Source: an uncultured virus (IMG/VR IMGVR_UViG_3300022753_000048) (taxonomy: Duplodnaviria; Heunggongvirae; Uroviricota; Caudoviricetes). From it: 60,525 nt of DNA. Within the stretch, counting starts at the first letter, position 1. Every line of letters starts with the position of its first letter. Positions 1 through 10,724 of this stretch are shown here, piece after piece. The stretch lies in the IMG/VR virus record IMGVR_UViG_3300022753_000048, positions 62,001 to 122,525 of that record; one strand, written 5' to 3'. The notes beneath the pieces are model-generated. The model worked only from the letters and a program-made list of their open reading frames with translations, was not told where the DNA came from and did not search any database. Both the position numbers and the translations under genes were made by a program.

Positions 1-53
1 GCTTCATTTAGACGTAACACATCTAAATAAAAATTGAGAAAACAAATGGGTGA

Positions 54-386
54 TTATCTCACCCATTTGCCAGTTTTTGCAAAAATTGCGGCATCTTGTA
101 CGCATCTTTTTCCAGAACTTGTCTTTTCTCTCAAAAGTCTAAGTCTTTCCTGTACTTTGACCACCTCACTATGAGGATAGATTTCTTCCTGTCTGCGGGC
201 AACTCTTTCCATAAGCATGGAAACAGAACTTTCATGAATGATAATATATTTTACAGTACCATTACCACGATTGGATAAACGTCTTTTGTGTTCTCTTGCT
301 TCCTCAATAGTGGGAGCATTGCGCTGACAGTGGCAAATAACCTCACCACTTTTCATGTTTTCTCTGTAACTATAAACTTTATACAT
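54..386 (-). CDS. hypothetical early-region protein
   Basis: 110 aa ORF with GAAAGGAG RBS and TAA stop; no recognisable motif. Confidence 0.7.
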   Translation of the reverse strand: MYKVYSYRENMKSGEVICHCQRNAPTIEEAREHKRRLSNRGNGTVKYIIIHESSVSMLMERVARRQEEIYPHSEVVKVQERLRLLREKTSSGKRCVQDAAIFAKTGKWVR

Positions 387-415
387 ATTATTCTCCTTTC
401 AAAATGTGAGGGCGA

Positions 416-664
416 TTACTCGCCCTCGTCCTCAGCTTCCATGTCTTCGCGCTCATCCAGCATCTTGCCGATAAGGGTCTTGGCGCGCTCAACGTAGTCT
501 TCCATCAGCTCGCAGGTGCGGTAGCACACTTCCAGTTCTTCGGTGCTTGCTTCCAGTCTCACGCCCTCGCCCAGGCGGTCACTCTTCAGCATGGCAGCAT
601 CGCTCTCCAGCAGGAACAGTAGGTCATGGATGCGCTTGATAGTCTTCTCGTTGTTGTACTCCAT
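416..664 (-). CDS. hypothetical acidic protein (MEYNNEK...)
   Basis: Start moved to the ATG at 664, which follows a TTGAAAGGAG RBS; TAA stop. Confidence 0.7.
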   Translation of the reverse strand: MEYNNEKTIKRIHDLLFLLESDAAMLKSDRLGEGVRLEASTEELEVCYRTCELMEDYVERAKTLIGKMLDEREDMEAEDEGE

Positions 665-689
665 TGTTATACTCCTTTCAATGGGGCTG

Positions 690-989
690 TTAAAACAGCC
701 CCTCTTCCTTTCTTTCATCATACAGCATATCACCGAGGACTTCCATTGCTTCCTCGTAGCTCAGCGGCTCGTCATCCAGCTCAAGCAGGTGGCGCATATC
801 AGCTTCATACTCTGCGTAGTCAACTTCAGCTGCGGCCATAGCTTCTTCAGCAGTTTCGTAGCCATCAAAGCCATCCTGGGTCATGATGTGCTCGTAATAC
901 CAGCCGTTCTCGTCTTCAGCCACACGATACACATAGGTGTCATCGTCAAAGCCCAGGTGCTTTCCATTTTCTTCATACCATTTCAGCAT
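690..989 (-). CDS. hypothetical highly acidic protein (MLKWYEENG...)
   Basis: ATG at 989 after TTGAAAGGAG RBS; very D/E-rich; TAA stop. Confidence 0.7.
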   Translation of the reverse strand: MLKWYEENGKHLGFDDDTYVYRVAEDENGWYYEHIMTQDGFDGYETAEEAMAAAEVDYAEYEADMRHLLELDDEPLSYEEAMEVLGDMLYDERKEEGLF

Positions 990-1023
990 AATAAAACTCC
1001 TTTCAAAGTGGAAAGTCTGGAGC

Positions 1024-1581
1024 TTACAGCTCCAGACCCTCGAACATCCAGTCCTCGTAATCAGCTTCGGGAGAGAATTCCATATCGGGGAAGTTCTCAG
1101 CATAGGCAATCAGTCGCTCAAACATCCGCTTGGAGCTGGGCTGGATTGCAATGCCGTCTACCTCGCCATTGTGGCGGACTTCCTTGATTGCGTTGCAATC
1201 AATCAGCATAGCGGTGAACAGGTTAGTAGGAATCAACAGGGCAGGGGTGGAGCGGATCTCTTCCCATGCTTCCGCTTTCTTGGTTGCCTTGTGCTTCTGA
1301 ACGAAGTCCAACTTGTAAATCACGAAGCGGGACTTGTTAGAGCCGTCAAGCAGGTCATTGACTCGTCCGCCATTGGTCTTGCACTCAGCGGGCAGGTACT
1401 TGGCTTTGCCATTGACAACCACACGGACAGACACATCGGTCTTGCCTTGCTTAGCAACAGCGACTTTGCGGCTCTTTTCACGGGCGCACATCAGCTCGAA
1501 AGCTCGACCCCTTGCGCCTTGATTAGTGGTATTGCTCAGCTCATACTGAATAGCGGAAATGCGTCTTTCTTTAATAGTCAT
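1024..1581 (-). CDS. PD-(D/E)xK nuclease-fold protein
   Basis: ATG at 1581 after GAAAGGA. Motifs GRAFE...KTD...AECKT match the E...D...ExK restriction-endonuclease-like pattern. Confidence 0.55.
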   Translation of the reverse strand: MTIKERRISAIQYELSNTTNQGARGRAFELMCAREKSRKVAVAKQGKTDVSVRVVVNGKAKYLPAECKTNGGRVNDLLDGSNKSRFVIYKLDFVQKHKATKKAEAWEEIRSTPALLIPTNLFTAMLIDCNAIKEVRHNGEVDGIAIQPSSKRMFERLIAYAENFPDMEFSPEADYEDWMFEGLEL

Positions 1582-1803
1582 AAAATCAAATCCTTTCAAA
1601 ATTAAATTGTTTTTTGTGTATGCTTTTATGCGTCTAAACTCTAGCTTTTTATCGGTGAAACTGCCTTGCTACCATCCGCAACTATCCGACACATACACGC
1701 ACAACGGATACCGCACGACCCCACAAGGGTTGAAACCATTTATTTAGTTTTGCTATCGACCGAGGGAAACTTGCGTTGGTGTCTTGTGTTCCCCTGTGTC
1801 TAT

Positions 1804-1832
1804 ATACTATCACAGCATAGCACGGAAGTCAA
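1804..1832 (-). promoter_or_regulatory. sigmaA-like promoter for the leftward early genes
   Basis: TTGACT-17 nt-TAGTAT with extended -10 TG, minus strand. Confidence 0.6.
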
Positions 1833-1969
1833 GAAAAACTTGCATTTTTTCGTTCGTCAAAATGCACAAAGATGGGGGTGGGGTTTTGGGAATTTTGACA
1901 AATCGCACAATCCAAATCTCCCGGCCCTGGAAACAAAAAACACAGAAATAAAAAACTGGTGGAAACGCA

Positions 1970-2467
1970 TTACACGTATTCCACCAGCTTATATTTGCCT
2001 TCATAACTTCTTTGTTTGTTGGCCCATCTAGATATCGTTCCTTTCGCCACTCCCATTTCCTTTGCCGCAGCAGTTACTGTATCATAGAATAATTCTTCTC
2101 CGTTTAATTTAATTATATGTACTTTCTAAGCAGCATTACCCGTTTTTAAAATTTCTCTAGAATATTTAGTATTTTCAGATTGAGTCATCCATTCCAAATT
2201 TTCTAAATTATTATTCAAACAATTACCATCTATATGATTAACGGTTAAAGTTTCCCATCCTTCTACGGGCGCGAAAGTAGACAATACAATACGATGCACT
2301 AAACCATAGTAGCTTTTTCCATCTTTGCGAAAATCAATTCCAGCATATCCAGCACTAATCTTGGGTTTTAAAATGCGTCCTTCTTTTGATTGCTTAAAAC
2401 TTTTTATCTAACCTTGGTTTGAAACCTAATATCCTGGATATTGTTCTATATCTCTCCAAATTTCCAT
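1970..2467 (-). CDS. NUMOD4-HNH homing endonuclease (3 in-frame TAG read as Gln)
   Basis: Missing from the ORF track. AAGGAGG RBS; MEIWRDIEQYPGY*VSNQG*IKS (NUMOD4), VHRIVL, VNHIDGNCLNNNLENLEW (HNH), C-terminal HTH-like segment. TAG at 2426, 2408 and 2126; ends TAA. Confidence 0.85.
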
Positions 2468-2498
2468 TTTATTCCTCCTTGCTTGTTCTAAATGTAAG

Positions 2499-2545
2499 TG
2501 GAAACATATACGAAAAACTATATAATTTTGGAAACATCTACGAAA
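2499..2545. repeat. 17-bp direct repeat, two copies at 30-bp spacing
   Basis: TGGAAACATATACGAAA (2499-2515) and TGGAAACATCTACGAAA (2529-2545) in the divergent intergenic region. Confidence 0.7.
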
Positions 2546-2599
2546 CGAATTTTTCAAAATCGTCTACCACCCCGGGGTATCCTTTCAGTATTTTCAAAT

Positions 2600-2629
2600 T
2601 TGACAACCAATTAACAAATATGATATAAT
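2600..2629 (+). promoter_or_regulatory. sigmaA-like promoter upstream of the packaging/structural region
   Basis: TTGACA-18 nt-TATAAT with extended -10 TG. Confidence 0.7.
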
Positions 2630-2701
2630 ATAAGTATAAAAAGCGGATAGCTTGCGAGTTATCGCGCAATCAATCACTAAAAAGGAGTTTTAAGCTTACA
2701 A

Positions 2702-4036
2702 ATGGCAAACCGATTACACTTGGATTTTTCAATCCAATCTACCGATGGGCGCAGTGACTTTGTAAATGAATATGTACAGCAACCTTAGTTTTAGCGTACT
2801 CCTCTTACAAGTGACGAATTAGAAACCATCGCTAACTACATTTTATGGGGCAAGGACCCGGATGGTCTAAATGTGACCTAGCGTGGTGAAATTTAGATTG
2901 AAACCCGTAACAAAACATGGCAACGAGATGATACGGAATCCCTTGATGCCCTGATGGAGTCTCCCACATTTTCTGAGGCCAGTTTACGTCGCCCCACCGA
3001 AGCGCGCACACGTGTTGCCCGCGAAGTCTTCGACCGCAAAAAGACCTTGAGTGAATGTCCTGCACACTTAGTCCCCGTATTCGAAGACCTCTTCAAACGA
3101 ATCGACACAATCGAACTCATGCTCAACTACTACGAATTTTCGCACGGGCGCCGTAAAGAGCCACCTCGTGCTGCCCTTTTAAAACGTTTTTCACAAGAGG
3201 AACTCACCAATGCTGAAACAACTGCTTCCAAATGGAACCAATTCAAATATCTCAAATAGCGCCATCTCATCGTCGAATTGCGCCGAGAGCAATTCACATT
3301 GCGCGACACCTACATAGAGAAACATATCCGTCATACTCCTATTGAACCAGAGATTGACCCAGTCGACCCCGACTTTGATGCAGAAATTCCGGTATTTCCC
3401 TTGGGACTTAAAACTGGCTCAATTGGCGCCCTGTTGTTCAAAGCAGAACGAGATTTAAACCCTTCTACTTATAATGAGTCAGACCTACAAAAAGTTTTAT
3501 AGTTCTATTGGTCCAAAAAGTCCGAATCGCGCCCTGCAATTTTCTTCGACTTTGGAAATCTTGAGCACATATATGAACTATTCGGCCAACTCAATGAACT
3601 CGAAGAATCAATCAGCGCCCTGCCCGTTAACTCAAATCTTAGCAAACTTTTGGACACTCTAAAATATTATATCGAGATGACCGACTTAACTGAAGCCTAG
3701 CGTGAAATCCTCGACTTGAAAATCAACAAAACAAAAAATCAAGACATAGCGGACATTATAAACAAGAAATACGACAAGTCCTACACGGCTAATTATATTA
3801 GCACCATCTTCCGTCAAAAGATAATTCCGCGCATCAATGAAACAGCTGAGTTCCATGCGAAGATTATAGAGAATCTAAGTTTTCCAGAGAATTTCAAAAA
3901 ATGCACAGGATGCGGAAAGGTCTTGTTGATTGATCCGGACAAATTTGTCCGAAAATCCCGTTCAAAAGATGGCTTCTCAACTCGTTGTAAAATCTGTGAT
4001 AGAAATGACCGCTAGAAAAAGAAGGTGAACAAATGA
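2702..4036 (+). CDS. putative transcription regulator with sigma region-4-like HTH and C-terminal CxxC..CxxC Zn finger (8 TAG)
   Basis: AAGGAG RBS. Fragments 2954, 3278 and 3716 share one frame and are separated only by TAG. LTEA*REILDLKINKTKNQDIADII resembles a sigma4/LuxR HTH; CTGC...CKIC. Readthrough ends at a TGA overlapping the next ATG (ATGA). Confidence 0.7.
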
Positions 4037-4359
4037 AAATTTTTGAAAAGAGAATCGAATCTGATTTCGAGTTTTTTGTAAAAAGCTTGCCTGCGCTGGA
4101 GCCGGTGGAATTTTTGGGATTGGCAAAGGTGCTATGCGTTCCTACTTCGCACGAAGGTGAACTTGTAGAAATTGATAAGAAGCTGATTGATGAAAGCGCT
4201 GGTGATGAAGAAAAGCAAAAAGTCATGGCTGAAGTTATGATTCCTGCTGATGAAATCTTGGAAGCTATGATGGATAAGTATTTGACCTTGAGCAAGAAGC
4301 GCAGAGGAGAAATCAATCAAATCCTAAAAGAAATCAAAAAATCCAAGAAGGTGAGATAA
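4033..4359 (+). CDS. hypothetical protein
   Basis: 108 aa, translationally coupled on both sides. Confidence 0.75.
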   Translation: MKIFEKRIESDFEFFVKSLPALEPVEFLGLAKVLCVPTSHEGELVEIDKKLIDESAGDEEKQKVMAEVMIPADEILEAMMDKYLTLSKKRRGEINQILKEIKKSKKVR

Positions 4360-5351
4360 TGGGACTACAACCGAACATTGCGCGACGCCGTAATTTTGCT
4401 ATAAAGTAGTGCAATCGATGTGGTAATTCTTTCGCGCCTTCTAATTTTGCGATGACCAAATCAATTTTTTATCCAGATGGCTCTCTTCCTATGTGTAATG
4501 ATTGTGTTGAATTATATTTGATTGATGTTGATTTCGATTGGCGCGAAGTGAATAAATTATGCCAATATGCCGACATTCCTTTTGTTCCTAAGGAATGGGA
4601 GAGAATGCGCGAAATGAATGGTGACAAAGCTTTTCCCAAATACGCTGAAGTTTTCGCTCAATCTGAATATGAAGACTTGGGTTGGCATGACTACTTTGAG
4701 GCTTATTAGAAGTTAAAAGCTTCAGGTGAACTAGATGATGAATTACCTGGTATTGCAGACCAAAAGCGTCGTAAACTTTAGGAGCGCTGGGGCGCCAATT
4801 ATGATGATGAAGCCCTTCGCTATCTTGAAAATCTTTACAATGGTTTGATGACTACTCAGAATGTCAATGGCGCCCTGTAGGTCGACCAAGCTTTGAAGAT
4901 TTGTAAAATGTCTTATGAGATTGACTGTCGTATTCGTGAAGGTGTAGATTTTGATAAAATCTTGGCTTCTTATGACAAGCTGGTTAAGACTGCGGAATTC
5001 ACTCCTAAAAATGTTAAAAACATCAATGACTTTGACTCTGTGGGTGAATTAATCAAATGGCTAGAAAAGAGAGGTTGGAAGAACACTTTCTATGATGATG
5101 TTCCTCGGGACATTGTTGACGAAACAATGCAAAACTTCCAAGCTTTTAACCAGCGTCTTTATACTAATGAGTCTGGTATTGGTGAACAAATCACAGAACG
5201 TCTAAACAACTTGAAGAACGTTGCGCTGATTGAACAAGAATCTTACTATGGTACTAATGCAGAATATGATTTAGACGCCTATGAAAATGAAGGTTATAGT
5301 CAGTTGGTTCTTGAAGAAGAATTTGACCCTGGTGTTCCGGAGGAAGATTAA
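4359..5351 (+). CDS. probable terminase small subunit with N-terminal Zn finger (4 TAG)
   Basis: TAATG coupling at 4359 and 5351; CNRC...CNDC; fragments 4452 and 4893 in frame; directly upstream of TerL. Confidence 0.55.
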
Positions 5352-7153
5352 TGGCTAAAAAGATTTTATTACCTGCAGAAAGATTGATTGACTCAAACAT
5401 CAAAATTGGTTAGCGCGATGGTACTATTATTGAGAAAGGTGTTATTCTAAACGAGAATTATTTGGAAGCAAATTTGGAAAAGATTGGCAATGTTATGTCA
5501 ATCTTTTCCGCTTATCCAGATATTTATCTTGATGTTATAAAACCATAGGAATCATCATTTACTCTATTCTTTTACCAGAGAATTACATTGCGCGCACTGA
5601 TGCGTTTTAAAGATGTTTTCGGCACGGCGCCTCGTGCGTTCTCTAAATCTTTTATTACTATTTTAGCAATGATGCTTCAATGCATCTTCATTCCTGGTAC
5701 AAAGCGATTTATTTGCGCTCCTAATAAAACTCAGGCCGCGCAGATTGCAAAAGAAAAAATCGTCGAAATTTATGACCGATGGCCCCTACTTCGCAAAGAA
5801 GTTTTGGGAGGGGAAATCAGTGATACACCCGGCAACTTTGGTAAAGACTATGTTACCCTCAAATTCCGCAATGGCTCACAATTTGACGTTGTTGGCGCCC
5901 TGGACTCTCAGCGTGGTGGTCGTCGACATGGCGGCCTAATTGATGAGGTGCGTGACCATGATGAAACTCCTATCAATGAAGTTGTTCTTCCTCTAATGAA
6001 CGTTTCGCGCCGACTGCCCGATAACACAGTAAATGAAAAAGAGCCAAATCAGCAGCGAATATTCATGACATCTGCGGGCGTAAAAACATCGTTCGCATAT
6101 GACCTTTTAATTGACGACTTTATTGACTCAATCATTCACCCAAAATCAACTTTTGTTTTTGGTTGTGATTATCGTGTTCCAGTTATTCATGGCCTACTTG
6201 ACAAAACCTATATCAACAAACTTAAAACATCTTCTTCCTTTAAAGAAGAATCTTTTGCCCGAGAGTATGCATCACTTTGGTCAGGTTCTTCAGAAGAAGC
6301 ATGGTTTAATTTTGATAAATTAACCAAATATAGAAAGATAAAAAACCCAGAAACGTCCGCAAAATTTAGAGCTAACTCTAACCAGTTCTACTTATTATCA
6401 GTAGACGTTGGTAGATTGAATGACCAAACTGTCTGTTGTGTTTTTAGAGTTAACGTATCTGGCGAGGGCAAATATTTTGCTACTCTTGTAAACCTATACG
6501 TCCTAGGCCGTCAGGCTGAGACAAAAACTTTTAATCGACAAGCAATCGAACTCAAACGCATCATCAAAAAATTCAATCCTCTAGAAGTTGTTATCGATAC
6601 CAACGGTCTAGGTATTGGTTTTGCTGATGAAATGATTCGTGAACAAGTCGATGAATTCGGAAACATTTACGAGCCTCTAGGTTTCAAAAATGATGACGAA
6701 TTCCTAAAAGTTCAACCAAAAGATGCAATGTGCATCCTGTATGGTATCAAAGCCAATGGACCTCTTAACTCCAAAATCCACGGTAATGCTTACACCCGCA
6801 TAAATGGCGGCCTTGTTCGCTTCCTCATAAAAGAACAAGAAGCAAAGAATGCTCTATTATCTACCAAGGTCGGTCAGAAAATGACGGTCAAGCAACGCGT
6901 ACAGCGTCTAATGCCGCATGAAATGACCACAAAACTTTTTGAAGAAATGGCTAACCTAAGACTACGCCGCACCGGTGTTTCTCTTGATATTGTCCTCGAA
7001 CAAATTAATCCACGTTATCCAAAAGATAAATATTCAGCATTTGCTTATGGATTATGGCGTATTAAGGAACTCGAAGAAGAACAAAACAAGAGACGGCGCC
7101 GTCGTGGTATGTTCGACAAACGTTAGCTAGTTTTCTGTACTGGAGGAGTCTAA
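5351..7153 (+). CDS. terL: terminase large subunit (3 TAG)
   Basis: Walker A-like APRAFSKS, Walker B GLIDE, nuclease motifs SVDVGR, IDTNGLG and KDKYSA. Readthrough gives a coupled start at 5351 and TAA at 7151-7153. Confidence 0.9.
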
Positions 7154-7156
7154 GAT

Positions 7157-8662
7157 ATGAGCGATACTAATAACATGGAACGACTTCATAACTTTGACCT
7201 CGCTTCTTTCCGGAAAGCTCAGGATGCTATGATTGCGACCAGCGCTAACTCCTATGGTAGTTATCGTGGTCACGAATATCGCGATAGAGTCCGAGACTAC
7301 ACAGAAGAAGAAGTAAAGAAAATAATTGAGAGTGGTTCGCTGTTTGCGCAGCAAGCTTTATCTCGTAATTATTTCAAAAAAGATGGTTTTTATAAATAGT
7401 TGATTCTACATTATGCAACCTTGCTAAAATACATTGGAATTTTAATTCCTAATCCAACACCGGGTAAGAGTCTCTCCACATCTCATATCTCAAAAAGATA
7501 TTTTCAAGCGTTGGATTTTGTAGATAAGATGAATTTACAAACTGTCTTAGTTGATTGGGCTTAGAAGATATTGGTTAATGGATGTTACTATGGCATCTTG
7601 GTCAATAATGATAAGCTGAACTTCTGCGTCTTAGACTTGCCCGTCGCTTACTGTACAACCAGATTTAAAGATTATGCTGGCAATGATATTATTGAATTTG
7701 ATGTTTCTTATTTCAATAGTTTAGACAAAGACTCGAAGAAAGCAGCGCTAGCTGCTTATCCCGACTTTATTGTCAAAGCCTATCGCCGCTGGAATGTTGG
7801 CAAGTTGAAATCAAAATGGGTGGTTATTCCTTCTGATATTGGAATTTGCTTCCCTATGTTTGATGGTTGCCCATTCTTCATTCATGTTATTCCTTCTATA
7901 ATTAAATATGGTGAAACAGTAGAAACTGAGCAGGAAAGAGACAAAGAGGAAATCAGAAAAGTTATAGTTCAAAAGATACCTCATTTAACTGATGGCCGCT
8001 TGCTATTTGAACCAGATGAGGCTGTTGAAATTCACAATGGCGCAGTTGGTATGGTAAGAAATAATAAGAATACCAGTGTGTTAACTACTTATGCTGATGT
8101 GGATGCAATAGTGTCTAAAGCTTCTTCAGAAAATAGTGGCACTGTGTTAGAAAAAATGCAACAAAACATTTACAGTTAGGCTGGAATCAGCAGCGAGATA
8201 TTCGCAGCTACGGGCGGCAACACGACCGAAACGTCATTGAACTTCGACACTGCTGTAATGATGAATTTGGCAAATAAGTTTGCTAAGTTTGTAACTAATA
8301 TAGTAAATGTTGAGTTTGCGAACTCTAATATCAATTTCAAATATACCATCTTACCAATTACCCACCATAATGAAACCAAGTATATTGATAATAGCTATAA
8401 GTTAGCAACTGCTGGCTATAGTTTAATTGTCCCAGCTCTCGCGCAAGGGCTTACTCAGCGCGACTTGGTAAATGTTAAGGATTTGGAGAATGATGTTTTG
8501 AAGTTAACCGAGAAACTAATTCCTCCTATTACTGCTTTTACACAAGATGGTGAAAGTGGAGGTAATGGGCGCCCCACCAAAGAAACTGGTGAGAAAAAGG
8601 ATAAGACCCTTGAGAACGAAAAGTCTATAGAAAAGTCAAAAACGCAAGGAGGCTCTGAATAA
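7157..8662 (+). CDS. portal protein (3 TAG)
   Basis: Fragments 7157, 7571 and 8237 join in one frame to 501 aa; lies after TerL; C-terminal GRP motif is typical of portals. Confidence 0.75.
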
Positions 8663-10113
8663 TGTTTGATGAAAACATTGGTTTAGAATTTCCCGTAACT
8701 GTTTATGGCAATTTAGAAAAATATAATGAGACCATTTCTAAAGGACGTTGCCGCATTTTTTATAAGTACGGCAACCGAAATGGTACTTATATAACCGATG
8801 AGTTTGCAGAAAAATTGCTTTCAACCGTTCCTTATGCGCCCGTTAAGGGTATTTATGAGGGAGATGAGGGTGATTACACCGACCATGGTAAAGCTCGCAG
8901 TCAAGGTAGAATTTATGGTATTGTTCCAGAAAATCCTAACCTCAGCTGGGAGGACCATGAAGATGAAGATGGCGTTGTAAGAACTTATGCTTGCGTCGAC
9001 GTTTTGATTTTCACTGGTTTATATACCGAGGCTAATGCAATCGTTGGCAAATCTCAATCTATGGAAATTTATCCTCCATCTATTAAGGGTGCTTGGAAAA
9101 TTATCAATGGTAAAAAATATTATGTTTTTGAGGAAGGTCATTTTTTAGGACTTTAGGTTCTGGGTGATGCAGTTGAACCTTGCTTTGAAGGCGCTGCTTT
9201 CTTCGCCTTGTATCAAGACCTAAAGAGAATGGTTGACCAAATTCAAGAATACAATCTAAATGGACATAACGGAGGGAATACTAAGATGCTTAATTATAAG
9301 TTATCTGATAACGCCAAGTTTAATGCTCTGTGGAGTCTGCTAAACGTCAACTACACTGAAGCTAATAATTGGCTGATTGAATATGATATTTGCGAAATCT
9401 ATGATGACTATGCAGTCGTGAGAAATTATTCCGAAGGTTGCTTCGAGAGAGTTTATTACACTAAGAACGACGAAACTGATTCAGTAGAGTTGGGAGAGCG
9501 CGTTCGCTGCTACATTATGGATGTAAGCGAAGCTGAAAAGAATGCTCTAGATGCTCTTCATGCTATGAACGAAGGCACCTACGAGAAGGTAGATGAAAAC
9601 TACCAGGCCGCTAAGGATGCTGCTGAAACTGCCGCTAATGACTTGGCTGCTAAGGTTGAAGAGTACAACGTCCTATCTGGAACTGTTGAAACTCTAACAA
9701 CTGAAAAATCAAATTTTGAAACCAAAATTGGAGAGTTGGAAGAAAGCATCTCCACTTTAACTACAGAGAGAAATGATGCGCAGACTCAGCTAGATGCTGC
9801 TAATAACACTATTACCACTCTGACTGAGGAAAATGCTTCTTTGAATTCTTTCAAAACAGAGATTGAAAAAGAGCAAAAGCAGGCTGTCATTAGTAAGTAT
9901 AGTGAACTGTTGGATGAAGATGTGTTGAACACTTATTCTGAAAATCTAGACAACTACACCGCTAAGGACTTGGATAAGGAACTGGCTTATGAGCTTGTTA
10001 CTGCAAATCAATCTGTATTTACTAATGGCAGCAAGGGCCAGGCATACATTCCTAAGGAAGAGCCTGCCATGAGCGGCCTAGAAGAAATTCTATCTAAGTA
10101 TAAGAAGAACTAA
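8662..10113 (+). CDS. prohead protease-scaffold fusion (single TAG at 9154)
   Basis: N-terminal NRNGT..., QSMEI and FLGL*VLGDAVEPCFEGA are protease-like motifs; C-terminal acidic coiled coil; lies between portal and capsid genes. Confidence 0.75.
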
Positions 10114-10127
10114 TTGGAGGTTTTACA

Positions 10128-10706
10128 ATGGCTCTAAAGAGATTTATTATCGATGGATTCGGCCAGCTGGAATTGAACCAGGTTGCCTTCCCTCGTGATG
10201 GTCGTATCGAAGCACAGTGTGCTTTGGGCGAAGATTTCGCAGAAGTACCCGCTGAGAACGGTATGCTTCTAGCTGTTGACAATATCAATCGTATTGTCAA
10301 GTTCCCTGTTGCCGGTGAAAAGTTCCCTATTGCTTTGAACTACAGCACCGAGCATATGTATGATGAAAGATACCAGTCTTTGAAGAACTTCAACATCAAG
10401 AAGGACGAAAAGTTTGGTTATTTCTATCCCCGTATGGGTTATCTATCTGTACAGGATAAGTTCACCACCAACTGCCTATGCTTCGACACCGACGAGTTCG
10501 CTGATGAAGAGGCACTGATGGAAGCTTATAAGCCTGAGAATTTGAAGGCTGCTCCTCTGTATGGTGGTATCTCCGAAATGGGCGCTATCAAGGTTTCTAA
10601 GACTGCTCCTACTGAGGGTCCTGTTCTGATGGCTGCTCTAGGCACTGGCGCCGGCTCTATGCCTGATGGTCAGTTCGCTATCAAGTTCCATGTTGTTGCA
10701 GACTAA
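10128..10706 (+). CDS. head decoration/minor capsid protein
   Basis: 192 aa, GGAGG RBS, high-expression codon bias, between scaffold and capsid; no TAG. Confidence 0.55.
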   Translation: MALKRFIIDGFGQLELNQVAFPRDGRIEAQCALGEDFAEVPAENGMLLAVDNINRIVKFPVAGEKFPIALNYSTEHMYDERYQSLKNFNIKKDEKFGYFYPRMGYLSVQDKFTTNCLCFDTDEFADEEALMEAYKPENLKAAPLYGGISEMGAIKVSKTAPTEGPVLMAALGTGAGSMPDGQFAIKFHVVAD

Positions 10707-10724
10707 TCAAGGAGGTATTGTGTA

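Noticed and set aside
543..1605. Long plus-strand ORFs 543-1187 and 937-1605
   Set aside because: They are antisense shadows of minus-strand genes that have clear RBSs, and the sequences are not protein-like.
1640..1800. Suppressor tRNA in the early leader
   Set aside because: I could not build a cloverleaf, a T-loop GTTCRA or a CTA anticodon arm on either strand.
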